A stretch of 62,988 nucleotides of DNA, the filler included. It is 3 parts of 3 records of this genome, joined end to end, with 100 filler letters (N's around TTAATTAATTAA, not from the genome) between each part and the next. Parts side by side here need not be neighbours in the genome. Positions count along the whole stretch, not along the records: positions 1 to 26,805 come from SRR22947727_5745; positions 26,906 to 56,935 come from SRR22947727_5750; 1 more part is not named here. The stretch is one strand, 5' to 3'. The notes beneath the pieces were generated by a model, which saw only the letters and a list, made by a program, of their open reading frames with translations, did not search any database and was not told the DNA's origin. This document shows positions 22,103 through 31,900 of the stretch, piece by piece. Every line of letters starts with the position of its first letter. The stretch's first letter is position 1. Made by a program: the position numbers and the translations under genes.

Positions 22103-23917
22103 TTATATTACTTTGCAAGCTTCTTGTAGCCATATCAAAGTGCTACCGGATAGGCTTGGAGAAATTTTATCGTAAACAGTTTTATGGTACTTATTTATAT
22201 AAGCTTTCTCTTGCTCATTAAGAATTGTTTTATCAATTAAACTTGAATGAATTGGAGCCAATGTTAGTGTTTTAAAGCTTAACATTTTTCTTTCACCATT
22301 AATGTTTGATATTGGCTTAGTTACATACTGTAAATTTTCAATTCTTATCCCATAAGCTCCTTTTTTATAATATCCAGGCTCGTTAGATAAGATCATTCCT
22401 GGCTCTAATGCTACATCATTTGGTGCCTTAGAAATTCTTTGTGGTCCCTCATGAACGCCCAAATATAAACCTACACCGTGTCCAGTTCCATGATCATAAT
22501 CTAAACCATTTTGCCATAATGGCATTCTCGCTAAGGCATCTAAATTGCTTCCTGTAGTTCCTTCTGGAAAATACGCCGTTGCAAGTGCTATATGACCTTT
22601 AAGTACAAGGGTAAACCTGTGCCGCATTTCAGCAGATGGCTTTCCTATAGGAACTGTTCTTGTGACATCAGTTGTACCATCTTCATATTGTGCACCGCTA
22701 TCGATTAAATAAAGTGTTCCTGGGGACAAAGTTTTCGACGTCTCTTCGCTAACTCGGTAGTGAACTATTGCTCCGTTAGAACCTGCGCCTGATATACTTT
22801 CAAAACTTAAATCTTTTAATAATGTTGTTTCGTGTCTAAATTCTTCAAGTTTCTTTGCGGCACTTATTTCAGTTTCTTTTCCTGATTGTGCTTGTGTATC
22901 TAACCAATGCAGAAACCGTATAAGGGGCACTGCATCCCGTTTATGAGCGTTTATAGTGCTTTGTATCTCTGTTGTGTTTTTACATGCTTTTGGAAGGGAT
23001 ATTGGATCTTGTGTTTCAATTATGATTGCTTTGCTATCGCTTAAGGTGTCAAAGAACCATGATGATGCTGTGGAAGGGTCAAGTAAGACCTTGCTTCCTT
23101 TAAGAAGCTTAAGTTCATTTTCAATGCTAGTTTCATCGTAAACTATGACGTTTTTACCCAAATAGTTTTTTATACCGGTCGTCAGCTTATTACTATCTAC
23201 AAAGAGTTGAACTTTACCTTTTTTATCAATGATAGCAGTGGAAAGTATTAATGGTGTACACATCACATCAGCCCCTCTGATATTCAGTAACCATGCAATT
23301 GAAGATGGAGAGGTTATCAATGCTACATCAGCATGTTTATTACTAATTAATTTAGCTATTCTAATGCATTTGTGATGATGAGATTCTCCAGCATGCTCTA
23401 TAGGGTGTATTGTGATTTTAGAGGTGGGTTTTTCGGGTCGATTTTCCCAGCTATTATCTAGTGGATTATTATGGATAGCCATTAGTTTAGCTTTTGAATA
23501 TTTTTTTAATTTTTTTAATGCATTGGGTGTATGTAATTTGGGATCATATCCAATAATATGGGTAGCCTTAGTGTTTGCTCCTAACCAACTTTTCAGTCCG
23601 TCATTTTCTAGTTTTTCATAGCTAAAAAGTTTATTGTCTACCTGACTTTTTACTTGCAAAGTGTACCTTCCATCAACAAATATAGCTGCTGAATTCTGCA
23701 TTATTATTGCAGCGCCAGCTGACCCTGTAAAACCACTTACCCACATTAATCTTTCATTGCATTCGGGTAGGTATTCATTTTGATATTCATCTTCATGAGG
23801 TACTAGAAATCCATCTAATTTTAACTTTTTTAACGTGTCCCGTAGTTTAGGAAGGTTTTTTCTTCCATATTCTGGGCCACCACGTGTTTGAAAGTTTTGT
23901 ATCATATATTTAATCAA
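22103..23917 (-). CDS. Aminopeptidase P (M24B Xaa-Pro aminopeptidase)
   Basis: GFTGSAG, DGRY, DSGAQYEDGTTDVTRT, HGTGHGVG, HEGP, NEPGYY, GIRIEN; start probably 23902 (MIQNF). Confidence 0.95.
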   Translation of the reverse strand: MIKYMIQNFQTRGGPEYGRKNLPKLRDTLKKLKLDGFLVPHEDEYQNEYLPECNERLMWVSGFTGSAGAAIIMQNSAAIFVDGRYTLQVKSQVDNKLFSYEKLENDGLKSWLGANTKATHIIGYDPKLHTPNALKKLKKYSKAKLMAIHNNPLDNSWENRPEKPTSKITIHPIEHAGESHHHKCIRIAKLISNKHADVALITSPSSIAWLLNIRGADVMCTPLILSTAIIDKKGKVQLFVDSNKLTTGIKNYLGKNVIVYDETSIENELKLLKGSKVLLDPSTASSWFFDTLSDSKAIIIETQDPISLPKACKNTTEIQSTINAHKRDAVPLIRFLHWLDTQAQSGKETEISAAKKLEEFRHETTLLKDLSFESISGAGSNGAIVHYRVSEETSKTLSPGTLYLIDSGAQYEDGTTDVTRTVPIGKPSAEMRHRFTLVLKGHIALATAYFPEGTTGSNLDALARMPLWQNGLDYDHGTGHGVGLYLGVHEGPQRISKAPNDVALEPGMILSNEPGYYKKGAYGIRIENLQYVTKPISNINGERKMLSFKTLTLAPIHSSLIDKTILNEQEKAYINKYHKTVYDKISPSLSGSTLIWLQEACKVI

Positions 23918-24183
23918 TCTTTATTTTAACGAATACCTTGATTAGAAGCTTTTAGTACCTCTATTTGTTATTGGAAAGCAAAATAATAAAATCGATAAAT
24001 AGTAATATATAATTAGATGGCGACGGTTGGTTTGATAGCAAATTAAAATTCATATACTGTAGAGATTTAAAAAATTTAAGATCTATGCAAATATGCATAC
24101 CTTTACATGCATTCTTGTATGTTCACTTTTATCATTAATTTCTTAATTAAAAAATATAATAAATTTAATTATTGGAGAAAATA

Positions 24184-24342
24184 ATGACTACCAATTTTTC
24201 TGGTTCAGAATTAGTTAATTTCGAAATACAATTGCAAAATAAGGAAGATGTATTCTTGAGTAAAGACTATCAAAAAGCTATGTTAAATATAATTGGCAGA
24301 CGAAATGCTCGCCGTAATAGAAGGGCAAATCGAGCTATTTAG
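24184..24342 (+). CDS. Small hypothetical protein, 52 aa, Arg-rich C-terminus (below ORF-track cutoff)
   Basis: GGAGA SD at 24174-24178, then MTTNFSGSELVNFEIQLQNKEDVFLSKDYQKAMLNIIGRRNARRNRRANRAI*; fills the pepP-prmA gap and converges on prmA. Confidence 0.65.
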   Translation: MTTNFSGSELVNFEIQLQNKEDVFLSKDYQKAMLNIIGRRNARRNRRANRAI

Positions 24343-25210
24343 TTTTTCTACCCACTATAGTCGTCCAACCAGAGATAGAAGATTTTTTTTCAATCTCTAG
24401 GCCCAAATTTTTAAAAGCTACTGATACAAGATTGTATTGTTCATCTAAAATACCAGAAAGGATGATTTTTCCTTCGATGCATAAGATCTCCATAATATCT
24501 TGTGATAAGCTAATTATCGGCCCTGCTAGTATGTTAACAAATACTAAGTCAAAAGTATCTTTTTGAAGTTTTGAACTTTTTACTCCATTTATTTTATAGC
24601 AGTTTACTATTCTAGAAACATTATTGATATGGGCATTATGTAAAGTTACTTGAACAGCATCAGTATCAATGTCAGTAGCGATAATGTTTGTTTTTAATGC
24701 TTTTGCTGCAGCGATCGCAAGAATTCCAGCTCCACAACCTAAATCAAGTACTCTAGTAGGAATAAAACCTTCTTCTAATAACTTATCAAATTCTATCAAA
24801 CACCCTTTTGTTGTACCATGATGACCTGTTCCAAAAGCAAGGCCTGCATTGATTTCTATAGGCCATTTGATATTTTTAGGTATAAGTTTCTTGTCATGTG
24901 AGCCATAGATCAAAAATCTGCCAGCTTGCACTGGTGATAAGCCACTCTGGCTTTTTTTAACCCAGTCTATGTTTGGTAGCTGCTCTATCATTGTTTCTAT
25001 GGAACTGCTCAATGATAATGATAAAAGTGCTTGTTCCGCTTGCTGTTGCGTTGAGTACAGTGCTTGGACTTGCATAGTGTCAGGTCCCTCTTCAAATAAA
25101 GATACTGCCAATGCTGACATTTCCATTGAAAAACCTAAAGTATCAGATACGTCAAAAGCTATTTGATTGATTGCACGAATATAAAGTGCGAAAGGCGCTT
25201 CATTACTCAT
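24335..25210 (-). CDS. prmA: Ribosomal protein L11 methyltransferase
   Basis: DWV, GLAFGTGHHGTT, LDLGCGAGILAIAA, NILA, LSGIL. Confidence 0.95.
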   Translation of the reverse strand: MSNEAPFALYIRAINQIAFDVSDTLGFSMEMSALAVSLFEEGPDTMQVQALYSTQQQAEQALLSLSLSSSIETMIEQLPNIDWVKKSQSGLSPVQAGRFLIYGSHDKKLIPKNIKWPIEINAGLAFGTGHHGTTKGCLIEFDKLLEEGFIPTRVLDLGCGAGILAIAAAKALKTNIIATDIDTDAVQVTLHNAHINNVSRIVNCYKINGVKSSKLQKDTFDLVFVNILAGPIISLSQDIMEILCIEGKIILSGILDEQYNLVSVAFKNLGLEIEKKSSISGWTTIVGRKTK

Positions 25211-26805
25211 TATGCACGGTCTACAAAGCTATCTAGTACTTTCTTCTGACCCGCCTTCTCAAAATAAACATTAAGTTTATTTCCATCAAGAGTTTGTATT
25301 TTCCCATAACCAAATTTTTGATGAAAAATACGTTCTCCTATTTCAAATTTTTTATTAGAATGTTTATCTAACCTTTTGCTATAGTTCCCCTCAACTTGCT
25401 TACTTTGTACAGTATTTGATTTATGAGTTTTATAACGTTTCCAGCCAGGAGAGTTATAGCGTCTACTTCCAGAAGATAGAAACTCTAAAGTACTTTCTAT
25501 TTTTGTCTCAACAAAAGTGTTGTTATCGTAGTAACCAGTATCTGATCTGGCTGATACATTTTCAGGTGGTAGCTCATCAATAAACCTAGAGGGAAGTGAT
25601 GATTGCCATGATCCGTAAATTTGTCTATTTGCAGCAAAATATATTTTTGCACGCTCTTGCGCTCTTGTGATTCCAACGTATGCCAATCTGCGTTCTTCCT
25701 CTAACCCTTCCGTGCCTGTCTCATCCATAGATCTTTGGCTGGGGAAAGTACCTTCTTCCCAGCCTGGAAGGAGAACTAAGGGAAACTCAAGTCCCTTGGC
25801 GGAATGTAATGTCATTATTGATACTTCTTCTTCTTGGTCATTTTTCTCAACATCTAATACAAGACTTACATGTTCAAGGTATGTATCTATTGAGTCAAAG
25901 TCTCTCATTGCTTGAATAAGTTCTTTTAAGTTTTCTAGCCTGCTAGAAGATTTTGCATCTTTATTATTTAACCACATTTGAGTGTATCCAGATTCATCTA
26001 ATACTATTTCAGTAACATTTATATGATTTGATGTGATTAAATTTCCTCGCCATCTATCTAGATCTTTTGTAAAACTACGTAATGCAGTTCGTGCTTTACC
26101 TCTTATTTCATCTGTTTTGATTACTTCACGAGTTGCTTCTTCAAGACTTATATTCATTTTTCGAGCTATTATTTGCAATTTTTGGATAGTTTTACTTCCA
26201 ATACCGCGTTTGGGAATATTTACTATTCGTTCAAAAGCTAAGTCATCTGTATCTGATTTTAAAACTCTTATGTAAGCGTGTGCATCCCGAATTTCCTGCC
26301 TTTCAAAAAATCTTGGTCCACCTATGACTCGATAGGGCATTCCTATTTGAATAAACCGTTCTTCAAAGCTTCGCATTTGTCTTGAAGCTCTAACAAGTAT
26401 GGCCACTTCATTATAGTCGCGTCCATCTCTCTTCCAGTCTTCAATGACACTTGATATTAATCGCGCCTCAGCTGCTGCATCCCAAACTCCTGTTACTGTT
26501 ACTTTGTGGCCACCCATATCTTCTGTCCATAGGGTTTTTCCAAGACGACTTTTATTTGTTGATATTAACCCGGAAGCTGCCCCTAAAATATGTTCAGTTG
26601 AGCGATAGTTACGTTCGAGTTTAATAACTTTGGCTCCAATAAATTCTTTTTCAAAACGTAATATATTATCAACTTCAGCTCCTCGCCATCCATATATTGA
26701 TTGATCGTCATCGCCGACTACACATATATTGTGTGAGCCTTGCGCTAGTAGCCTTAGCCAAAGGTATTGGCAGATATTAGTATCTTGATATTCATCCACC
26801 AAAAT
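25210..26805 (-). CDS. uvrD: UvrD/PcrA SF1 DNA helicase, 5'-truncated at contig end
   Basis: ILVDEYQDTN, VGDDDQSIYGWRGA, LERNYRS, MTLHSAKGLEF, EEERRLAYVGITRA, C-terminal HQKFGYG tudor-like domain. Confidence 0.96.
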   Translation of the reverse strand: MLVDEYQDTNICQYLWLRLLAQGSHNICVVGDDDQSIYGWRGAEVDNILRFEKEFIGAKVIKLERNYRSTEHILGAASGLISTNKSRLGKTLWTEDMGGHKVTVTGVWDAAAEARLISSVIEDWKRDGRDYNEVAILVRASRQMRSFEERFIQIGMPYRVIGGPRFFERQEIRDAHAYIRVLKSDTDDLAFERIVNIPKRGIGSKTIQKLQIIARKMNISLEEATREVIKTDEIRGKARTALRSFTKDLDRWRGNLITSNHINVTEIVLDESGYTQMWLNNKDAKSSSRLENLKELIQAMRDFDSIDTYLEHVSLVLDVEKNDQEEEVSIMTLHSAKGLEFPLVLLPGWEEGTFPSQRSMDETGTEGLEEERRLAYVGITRAQERAKIYFAANRQIYGSWQSSLPSRFIDELPPENVSARSDTGYYDNNTFVETKIESTLEFLSSGSRRYNSPGWKRYKTHKSNTVQSKQVEGNYSKRLDKHSNKKFEIGERIFHQKFGYGKIQTLDGNKLNVYFEKAGQKKVLDSFVDRA

Positions 26806-26905
26806 NNNNNNNNNNNNNNNNNNNNNNNNNNNNNNNNNNNNNNNNNNNNTTAATTAATTAANNNNNNNNNNNNNNNNNNNNNNNNNNNNNNNNNNNNNNN
26901 NNNNN
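26806..26905. other. Artificial contig spacer (N44-TTAATTAATTAA-N44)
   Basis: N runs flanking a 12-mer with stops in all six frames (26850-26861); genes truncated on both sides; base composition changes. Confidence 0.99.
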
Positions 26906-26906
26906 T

Positions 26907-28004
26907 GTTCCAGTAAACTGGTCTGCTTATGAAGACATTGCCGATTTCTTTTCAAATGATGTGAAAGAAGTGGATGGCGTCGCTATTTATGGCCATATGG
27001 ATTACGGTAAACGTGCGCCAGATCTTGGTTGGCGGATGACGGATGCGTGGCTGTCAATGGCTGGTACCGGTTCCAAAGGTGAGCCGAACGGTGTGCCAAT
27101 TGATGAATGGGGCATTCGCATGGAAGCGGGATCGTGTAACCCTGCCGGTGCCTCTGTCTCACGTGGCGGGGCGGCAAACGGCCCAGCGGCGGTATATGCA
27201 ATCCGCAAATGGGATGAGTGGCTGCGCAATTATGCCCCTCCCGGTGCCGCATCCTACGATTTCTACCAATCTTTGCCAGCCTTGGCCCAAGGCAATGTGG
27301 CCCAGCAGATTTTCTGGTATACAGCGTTTACGGCAGATATGGTGAAGCCGCAGTCAGAGGGCAACAACACGGTTGACAGCGACGGCAACCCCTTATGGCG
27401 GATGGCACCTTCACCGCATGGTCCATATTGGGAAAAAGGCCAAAAGGTTGGCTATCAAGATGTGGGATCTTGGACATTCTTAAAATCCACCCCATCTGAG
27501 CGTGCGCAAGCGGCCTGGCTTTACGCGCAATTCGTGACGTCAAAAACCATCGATGTGAAAAAATCACATGTCGGTCTGACATTTACGCGCGACAGTTCGG
27601 TCAACCATGCCTCGTTCACCGAGCGTGCTCCAAAACTGGGGGGCTTAGTCGAATTCTATCGCTCACCTGATCGCGTCGCTTGGTCACCCACAGGGATCAA
27701 CGTTCCTGATTATCCAAAGCTGGCCCAAATTTGGTGGCAGCAAATCGGAGATGTGAACTCAGGCGCGTTTACGCCACAGCAAGCGATGGATCGCTTGGCC
27801 GAAGAAATGGATATCACCATGGCACGGATGCAAGCTGCGGATGAAGCTGCCAATGTCTATGGCGGATGTGGTCCTCGTTTGAATGAGGAGCAAGATCCAT
27901 CTGTATGGTTGGGTAAAGGCGGCGCGAAAGCGAAGCTGGACAACGAAAAACCACAAGGTCAGACGGTAAACTATGATGAACTCGTAGCCCGTTGGAATAA
28001 GTAA
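26907..28004 (+). CDS. glpV: ABC transporter substrate-binding protein, glycerol-type GlpV, 5'-truncated
   Basis: Frame open from contig start (VPVNWSAYEDIA...); YGHMDYGK, RMTDAW, WRMAPSPHG, GYQDVGSW, VPDYPKLAQ; followed by glpSTPQU-like genes. Confidence 0.85.
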   Translation, partial: VPVNWSAYEDIADFFSNDVKEVDGVAIYGHMDYGKRAPDLGWRMTDAWLSMAGTGSKGEPNGVPIDEWGIRMEAGSCNPAGASVSRGGAANGPAAVYAIRKWDEWLRNYAPPGAASYDFYQSLPALAQGNVAQQIFWYTAFTADMVKPQSEGNNTVDSDGNPLWRMAPSPHGPYWEKGQKVGYQDVGSWTFLKSTPSERAQAAWLYAQFVTSKTIDVKKSHVGLTFTRDSSVNHASFTERAPKLGGLVEFYRSPDRVAWSPTGINVPDYPKLAQIWWQQIGDVNSGAFTPQQAMDRLAEEMDITMARMQAADEAANVYGGCGPRLNEEQDPSVWLGKGGAKAKLDNEKPQGQTVNYDELVARWNK

Positions 28005-28010
28005 CATAGT

Positions 28011-28065
28011 TTGGCCCTATCCAAATGGGGCCAATTCAGGCCAGAGCTGTTGCCAAGCTCTGGCC
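28011..28065 (+). promoter_or_regulatory. Two intergenic stem-loops after the binding-protein gene (probable mRNA stabilisers/attenuators)
   Basis: TTGGCCCTAT/ATGGGGCCAA (28011-28034) and GGCCAGAGCT/AGCTCTGGCC (28039-28065). Confidence 0.6.
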
Positions 28066-28108
28066 GTTTCATAATGATACACAGACATTGAATGTAGAAA
28101 GATAACCA

Positions 28109-29173
28109 ATGACCTTAGAGCTGAGAGGGGCGAGTAAAGTGATCCGCGGGATCACGCATATCAAACCAACATCGCTGCTTTTTGAACCGGGTCACTTTAA
28201 CGTACTTCTGGGTCAAACAGGGTCTGGAAAGACCTCGATGATCAAATTGATGGCTGGTTTGGACCCTTTGGCAACGGGTCAAATATTGATGAATGGAGAA
28301 GATGTTTCAAAGCTGTCAACGCAAAAGCGAAATATCAGTTTGGTGCATGAGTTTTTTGTGAATTACCCCCATATGACCGTTTTCGACAATATCGCATCTC
28401 CGCTGCGCGTAGCGGGTATGGCCAAGTCAGAAATCGCCGGGCGTGTGGAAGAGGCTGCGGATATTTTACAGCTGCGCCCAATGTTGGCACGACGCCCCCA
28501 TGAATTAAGCGGAGGCCAACAACAGCGCTGCGCTTTGGCGCGCGCCATTGCCAAGGAAAGCCGCACGGTGTTTTTAGACGAACCGCTTGCAAATCTGGAT
28601 TATAAGTTGCGCGAAGAACTGCGCGAACAATTGCCTGAATTATTCGCGGGGCGCGGAGCTGTGGTGGTTTATGCGACTTCTGAGCCGGAAGAGGCGTTGC
28701 TGTTGGGCGGAAAGACGGTGCTTATGGATGACGGGGTTACAACCCAATTCGGTCCGACGGCTGACATTTACCGGTCCCCGCAAAGCCTTGCCGCAGCTCG
28801 GGTCTTTTCCGACCCTCCAATCAACACTGCCATTATTGTTAAAAAAGGCGCTTTGGCGCAAATCGATAATGGGCCCAGTTGGCCGCTAAGCGGAAACGCG
28901 GCTGTTTTGCCAGATGGTACTTACACAATGGCAATTCGCCCCCACCACGTTACCCCTACGGCCCAAAATGGGCAAAGCATCGCCGTTCCAGGGCGCGTTT
29001 TGGTAACAGAATTATCCGGCTCGGATTCCAGTGCGCATTTCCAAATGGGAGCAGATAGCTGGGTGTCTCTTGCCCATGGCGTCTACCGTTATAATGTGGG
29101 GCAGGAGCATGAATTTTTCATGGATGTCAGCCAAGCATTTTACTTCGACCCGGATGGGAGGTTTGTTGCCTGA
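28109..29173 (+). CDS. glpS: ABC transporter ATP-binding protein GlpS-like
   Basis: GQTGSGKT, LSGGQQQR, FLDEPLANLDYKLRE, YATSEP. Confidence 0.85.
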   Translation: MTLELRGASKVIRGITHIKPTSLLFEPGHFNVLLGQTGSGKTSMIKLMAGLDPLATGQILMNGEDVSKLSTQKRNISLVHEFFVNYPHMTVFDNIASPLRVAGMAKSEIAGRVEEAADILQLRPMLARRPHELSGGQQQRCALARAIAKESRTVFLDEPLANLDYKLREELREQLPELFAGRGAVVVYATSEPEEALLLGGKTVLMDDGVTTQFGPTADIYRSPQSLAAARVFSDPPINTAIIVKKGALAQIDNGPSWPLSGNAAVLPDGTYTMAIRPHHVTPTAQNGQSIAVPGRVLVTELSGSDSSAHFQMGADSWVSLAHGVYRYNVGQEHEFFMDVSQAFYFDPDGRFVA

Positions 29174-30246
29174 TGGCCAAAATAACGCTGTCTAAATTGC
29201 GCCATTCTTATTTGCCTCACCCTGCAAATATTCAGGATTATGCGCTCAAAGAAATCGACCTTGATTGGCAAGATGGTGGCGCCTATGCGCTGTTGGGGCC
29301 GTCGGGATGCGGAAAATCCACCTTGCTGAATATTATTTCGGGGTTGTTAAAACCTTCATCGGGGCGCATTTTATTCGATGATCGCGATGTCACCGATCTT
29401 CCACCTGATCAACGCAATATCGCTCAGGTTTTCCAATTCCCAGTTATTTATGACACGATGACGGTGCGCGAAAACTTTGCTTTTCCGTTGCGCAATCGTG
29501 GCGTCGATGAAGACAAAATTGCCAGCCGGGTGGTGCAAATTGCCGCCTTATTAGAGGTTGAAGACATGCTCGATATCCGGGCATCAAATCTATCTCCCGA
29601 TAATAAGCAAAAAGTATCTATGGGGCGCGGTTTGGTGCGCGAAGATGTGAATGTGGTGATGTTTGATGAGCCTCTGACCGTCATTGACCCTCATTTGAAG
29701 TGGAAATTACGGTCTAAACTTAAAGAACTGCATCAGCGGGTTGGGGCTACGATGATTTATGTCACGCATGATCAGACAGAAGCTTTGACCTTTGCCGATC
29801 AAGTGGTGGTGATGCAAGAGGGCGAGGTTGTACAAATCGGGACCCCAGTGGAATTATTCGAACGTCCAAAGCATGTTTTCGTAGGGCATTTCATCGGATC
29901 TCCGGGCATGAATATCCTGCCGGTTACGCTGAAAGATGGCGAGGTACTTTTTGAAAATCATGTGATGGCGTTGGAAGGGTCTGTAATTGGATCAGGCGGC
30001 CAGCTTCAATTGGGAATACGTCCGGAATTTATTTCCTTTGCCGAGAACGGCATTCCGGGCCAAGTTTATAAAGTTTCTGATGTTGGGCGGCACGCTATCG
30101 TGGAAGTTGTTGTAGGTTCCAGTCACATCAAAGCCGTCGGTGCAGGTCAGATGCCCGCGAAAGGCGATTGGGTGAATTTGGCATTTCGTCAAGATCACAC
30201 GCGGCTTTATCGGGATGGATGGATCGCAACGGAGGCACAAACATGA
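29173..30246 (+). CDS. glpT: ABC transporter ATP-binding protein GlpT-like (ABC-type; not the MFS GlpT)
   Basis: GPSGCGKS, QVFQFPVIYDTM, FDEPLTVIDPHLKW, VTHDQ. Confidence 0.85.
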   Translation: MAKITLSKLRHSYLPHPANIQDYALKEIDLDWQDGGAYALLGPSGCGKSTLLNIISGLLKPSSGRILFDDRDVTDLPPDQRNIAQVFQFPVIYDTMTVRENFAFPLRNRGVDEDKIASRVVQIAALLEVEDMLDIRASNLSPDNKQKVSMGRGLVREDVNVVMFDEPLTVIDPHLKWKLRSKLKELHQRVGATMIYVTHDQTEALTFADQVVVMQEGEVVQIGTPVELFERPKHVFVGHFIGSPGMNILPVTLKDGEVLFENHVMALEGSVIGSGGQLQLGIRPEFISFAENGIPGQVYKVSDVGRHAIVEVVVGSSHIKAVGAGQMPAKGDWVNLAFRQDHTRLYRDGWIATEAQT

Positions 30247-31106
30247 AAACTGAAAATCAGAAAGCATGGTTTTTCGTTTTGCCTGTTTTGTTGTTGGTTG
30301 CCTTTAACGCGTTGGTTCCAATCATGACAGTTGTGAATTATTCGGTGCAAGAAACCTTTGGAAACAACGTGTTTTTTTGGCAGGGGGTGGATTGGTTTGA
30401 ACAAATCCTGCGCTCTGAGCGTTTCCAAGCCGCGTTGGGTCGGCAATTCTTATTCACAGCCTCAATTTTAATTATTGAAGTGCCTTTGGGCATTATCATT
30501 GCACTTTCTATGCCGCGCCAGGGGATCTGGGTTTCGGTTTGCTTGGTCATGATGGCGTTGCCGATGTTGATCCCATGGAATGTGGTTGGGGCCATGTGGA
30601 ATATTTTTACCCTGCCTGAAATCGGTCTTTTGGGATATTTGATGAACAATGTTTTGGGCATCACTTACGATATGACACAAAATCCCTTTGCGGCTTGGGT
30701 GACCATTATTGGGATGGATGTTTGGCATTGGACCTCGCTTGTGGTACTTTTATCTTATGCTGGGTTGGTCTCTATTCCCGACGCCTATTATCAAGCGGCT
30801 AAAATTGATGCCGCATCACCCTGGAAAGTGTTTCGCTATATTCAATTGCCGAAAATGAAGACGGTGCTGACCATCGCCATTCTTCTGCGCTTCATGGACA
30901 GCTTTAATATTTATACAGAACCTTTCGTCTTAACCGGTGGTGGTCCTGGCAATTCAACCACCTTGCTGTCGATCGATTTGGTGAAAATAGCGCTTGGTCA
31001 GTTTGATCTGGGCCCTGCGGCGGCAATGTCTTTAATATATTTCGCCATCACCTTGTTGGTGAGCTGGCTGTTCTACACTTTGATGACAAAGGATGATCGA
31101 AAATGA
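30243..31106 (+). CDS. glpP: Carbohydrate ABC permease GlpP-like
   Basis: NQKAWF, VVNYSVQ, DVWHWTSL, EAA-like YQAAKID, RFMDSF, GGGPG; ATG 30243 overlaps upstream stop. Confidence 0.85.
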   Translation: MKTENQKAWFFVLPVLLLVAFNALVPIMTVVNYSVQETFGNNVFFWQGVDWFEQILRSERFQAALGRQFLFTASILIIEVPLGIIIALSMPRQGIWVSVCLVMMALPMLIPWNVVGAMWNIFTLPEIGLLGYLMNNVLGITYDMTQNPFAAWVTIIGMDVWHWTSLVVLLSYAGLVSIPDAYYQAAKIDAASPWKVFRYIQLPKMKTVLTIAILLRFMDSFNIYTEPFVLTGGGPGNSTTLLSIDLVKIALGQFDLGPAAAMSLIYFAITLLVSWLFYTLMTKDDRK

Positions 31107-31900
31107 GAAAACGGTCATTAATTCCGATTATCTATATTCTGTTTCTGATGTTGCCTATTTATTGGTTGGTGGCGATGAGCTTTAAAACCACGGGCGAGAT
31201 TCTATCTGGGTTTAGCCTGTTCCCGCAAACATTTACCTTTGACAATTACCGCGTCATTTTCACCGATCCAACCTGGTATTGGGGCTATTATAATTCGATT
31301 CTGTATGTATCGCTCAATACAGTTATTTCCGTCAGCGTGGCGCTGCCTGCGGCCTATGCTTTTTCGCGCTATCGGTTCTTAGGCGACAAACAATTGTTTT
31401 TCTGGTTGCTGACAAATCGTATGGCTCCGGCGGCTGTATTCGCCCTACCATTTTTTCAGCTTTATTCCTCGGTTGGTTTATTTGACACCCATTTGGCCGT
31501 TGCGCTGGCGCATTGCTTGTTCAATATCCCCTTAGCGGTTTGGATTTTAGAAGGCTTTATGGGGGGGGTTCCCAAAGAGCTAGATGAAACCGCCTATGTT
31601 GATGGGTATTCTTTTCCAAGGTTTTTCATCTCTATCTTTTTGCCAACGATCAAAGCTGGAGTCGGCGTTGCAGCCTTCTTTTGCTTTATGTTTTCATGGG
31701 TCGAGCTTTTATTGGCTAAAACGCTGACTGCAGTTGCTGCAAAGCCTATTGCGGCAACGATGACCAAAACGGCTTCTTCTGCCGGATATGAATTGGGTTT
31801 GCTGGCTGCCGCCGGAACGCTGACCATTATTCCGGGGGCAATCGTTATCTATTTTGTACGCAATTACATAGCTAAGGGTTTTGCCCTGGGAAGGGTGTGA
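31103..31900 (+). CDS. glpQ: Carbohydrate ABC permease GlpQ-like (not glycerophosphodiesterase)
   Basis: LPIYWL, AAYAFSRY, NRMAP, ELDETAYVDG, FSWVELL, RNYIAKGFALGRV. Confidence 0.85.
   Translation: MRKRSLIPIIYILFLMLPIYWLVAMSFKTTGEILSGFSLFPQTFTFDNYRVIFTDPTWYWGYYNSILYVSLNTVISVSVALPAAYAFSRYRFLGDKQLFFWLLTNRMAPAAVFALPFFQLYSSVGLFDTHLAVALAHCLFNIPLAVWILEGFMGGVPKELDETAYVDGYSFPRFFISIFLPTIKAGVGVAAFFCFMFSWVELLLAKTLTAVAAKPIAATMTKTASSAGYELGLLAAAGTLTIIPGAIVIYFVRNYIAKGFALGRV

Noticed and set aside
26850..26861. TTAATTAATTAA repeat (also 56980-56991) as a biological element or att site
   Set aside because: Embedded in symmetric N runs with stops in all six frames; an assembly concatenation linker
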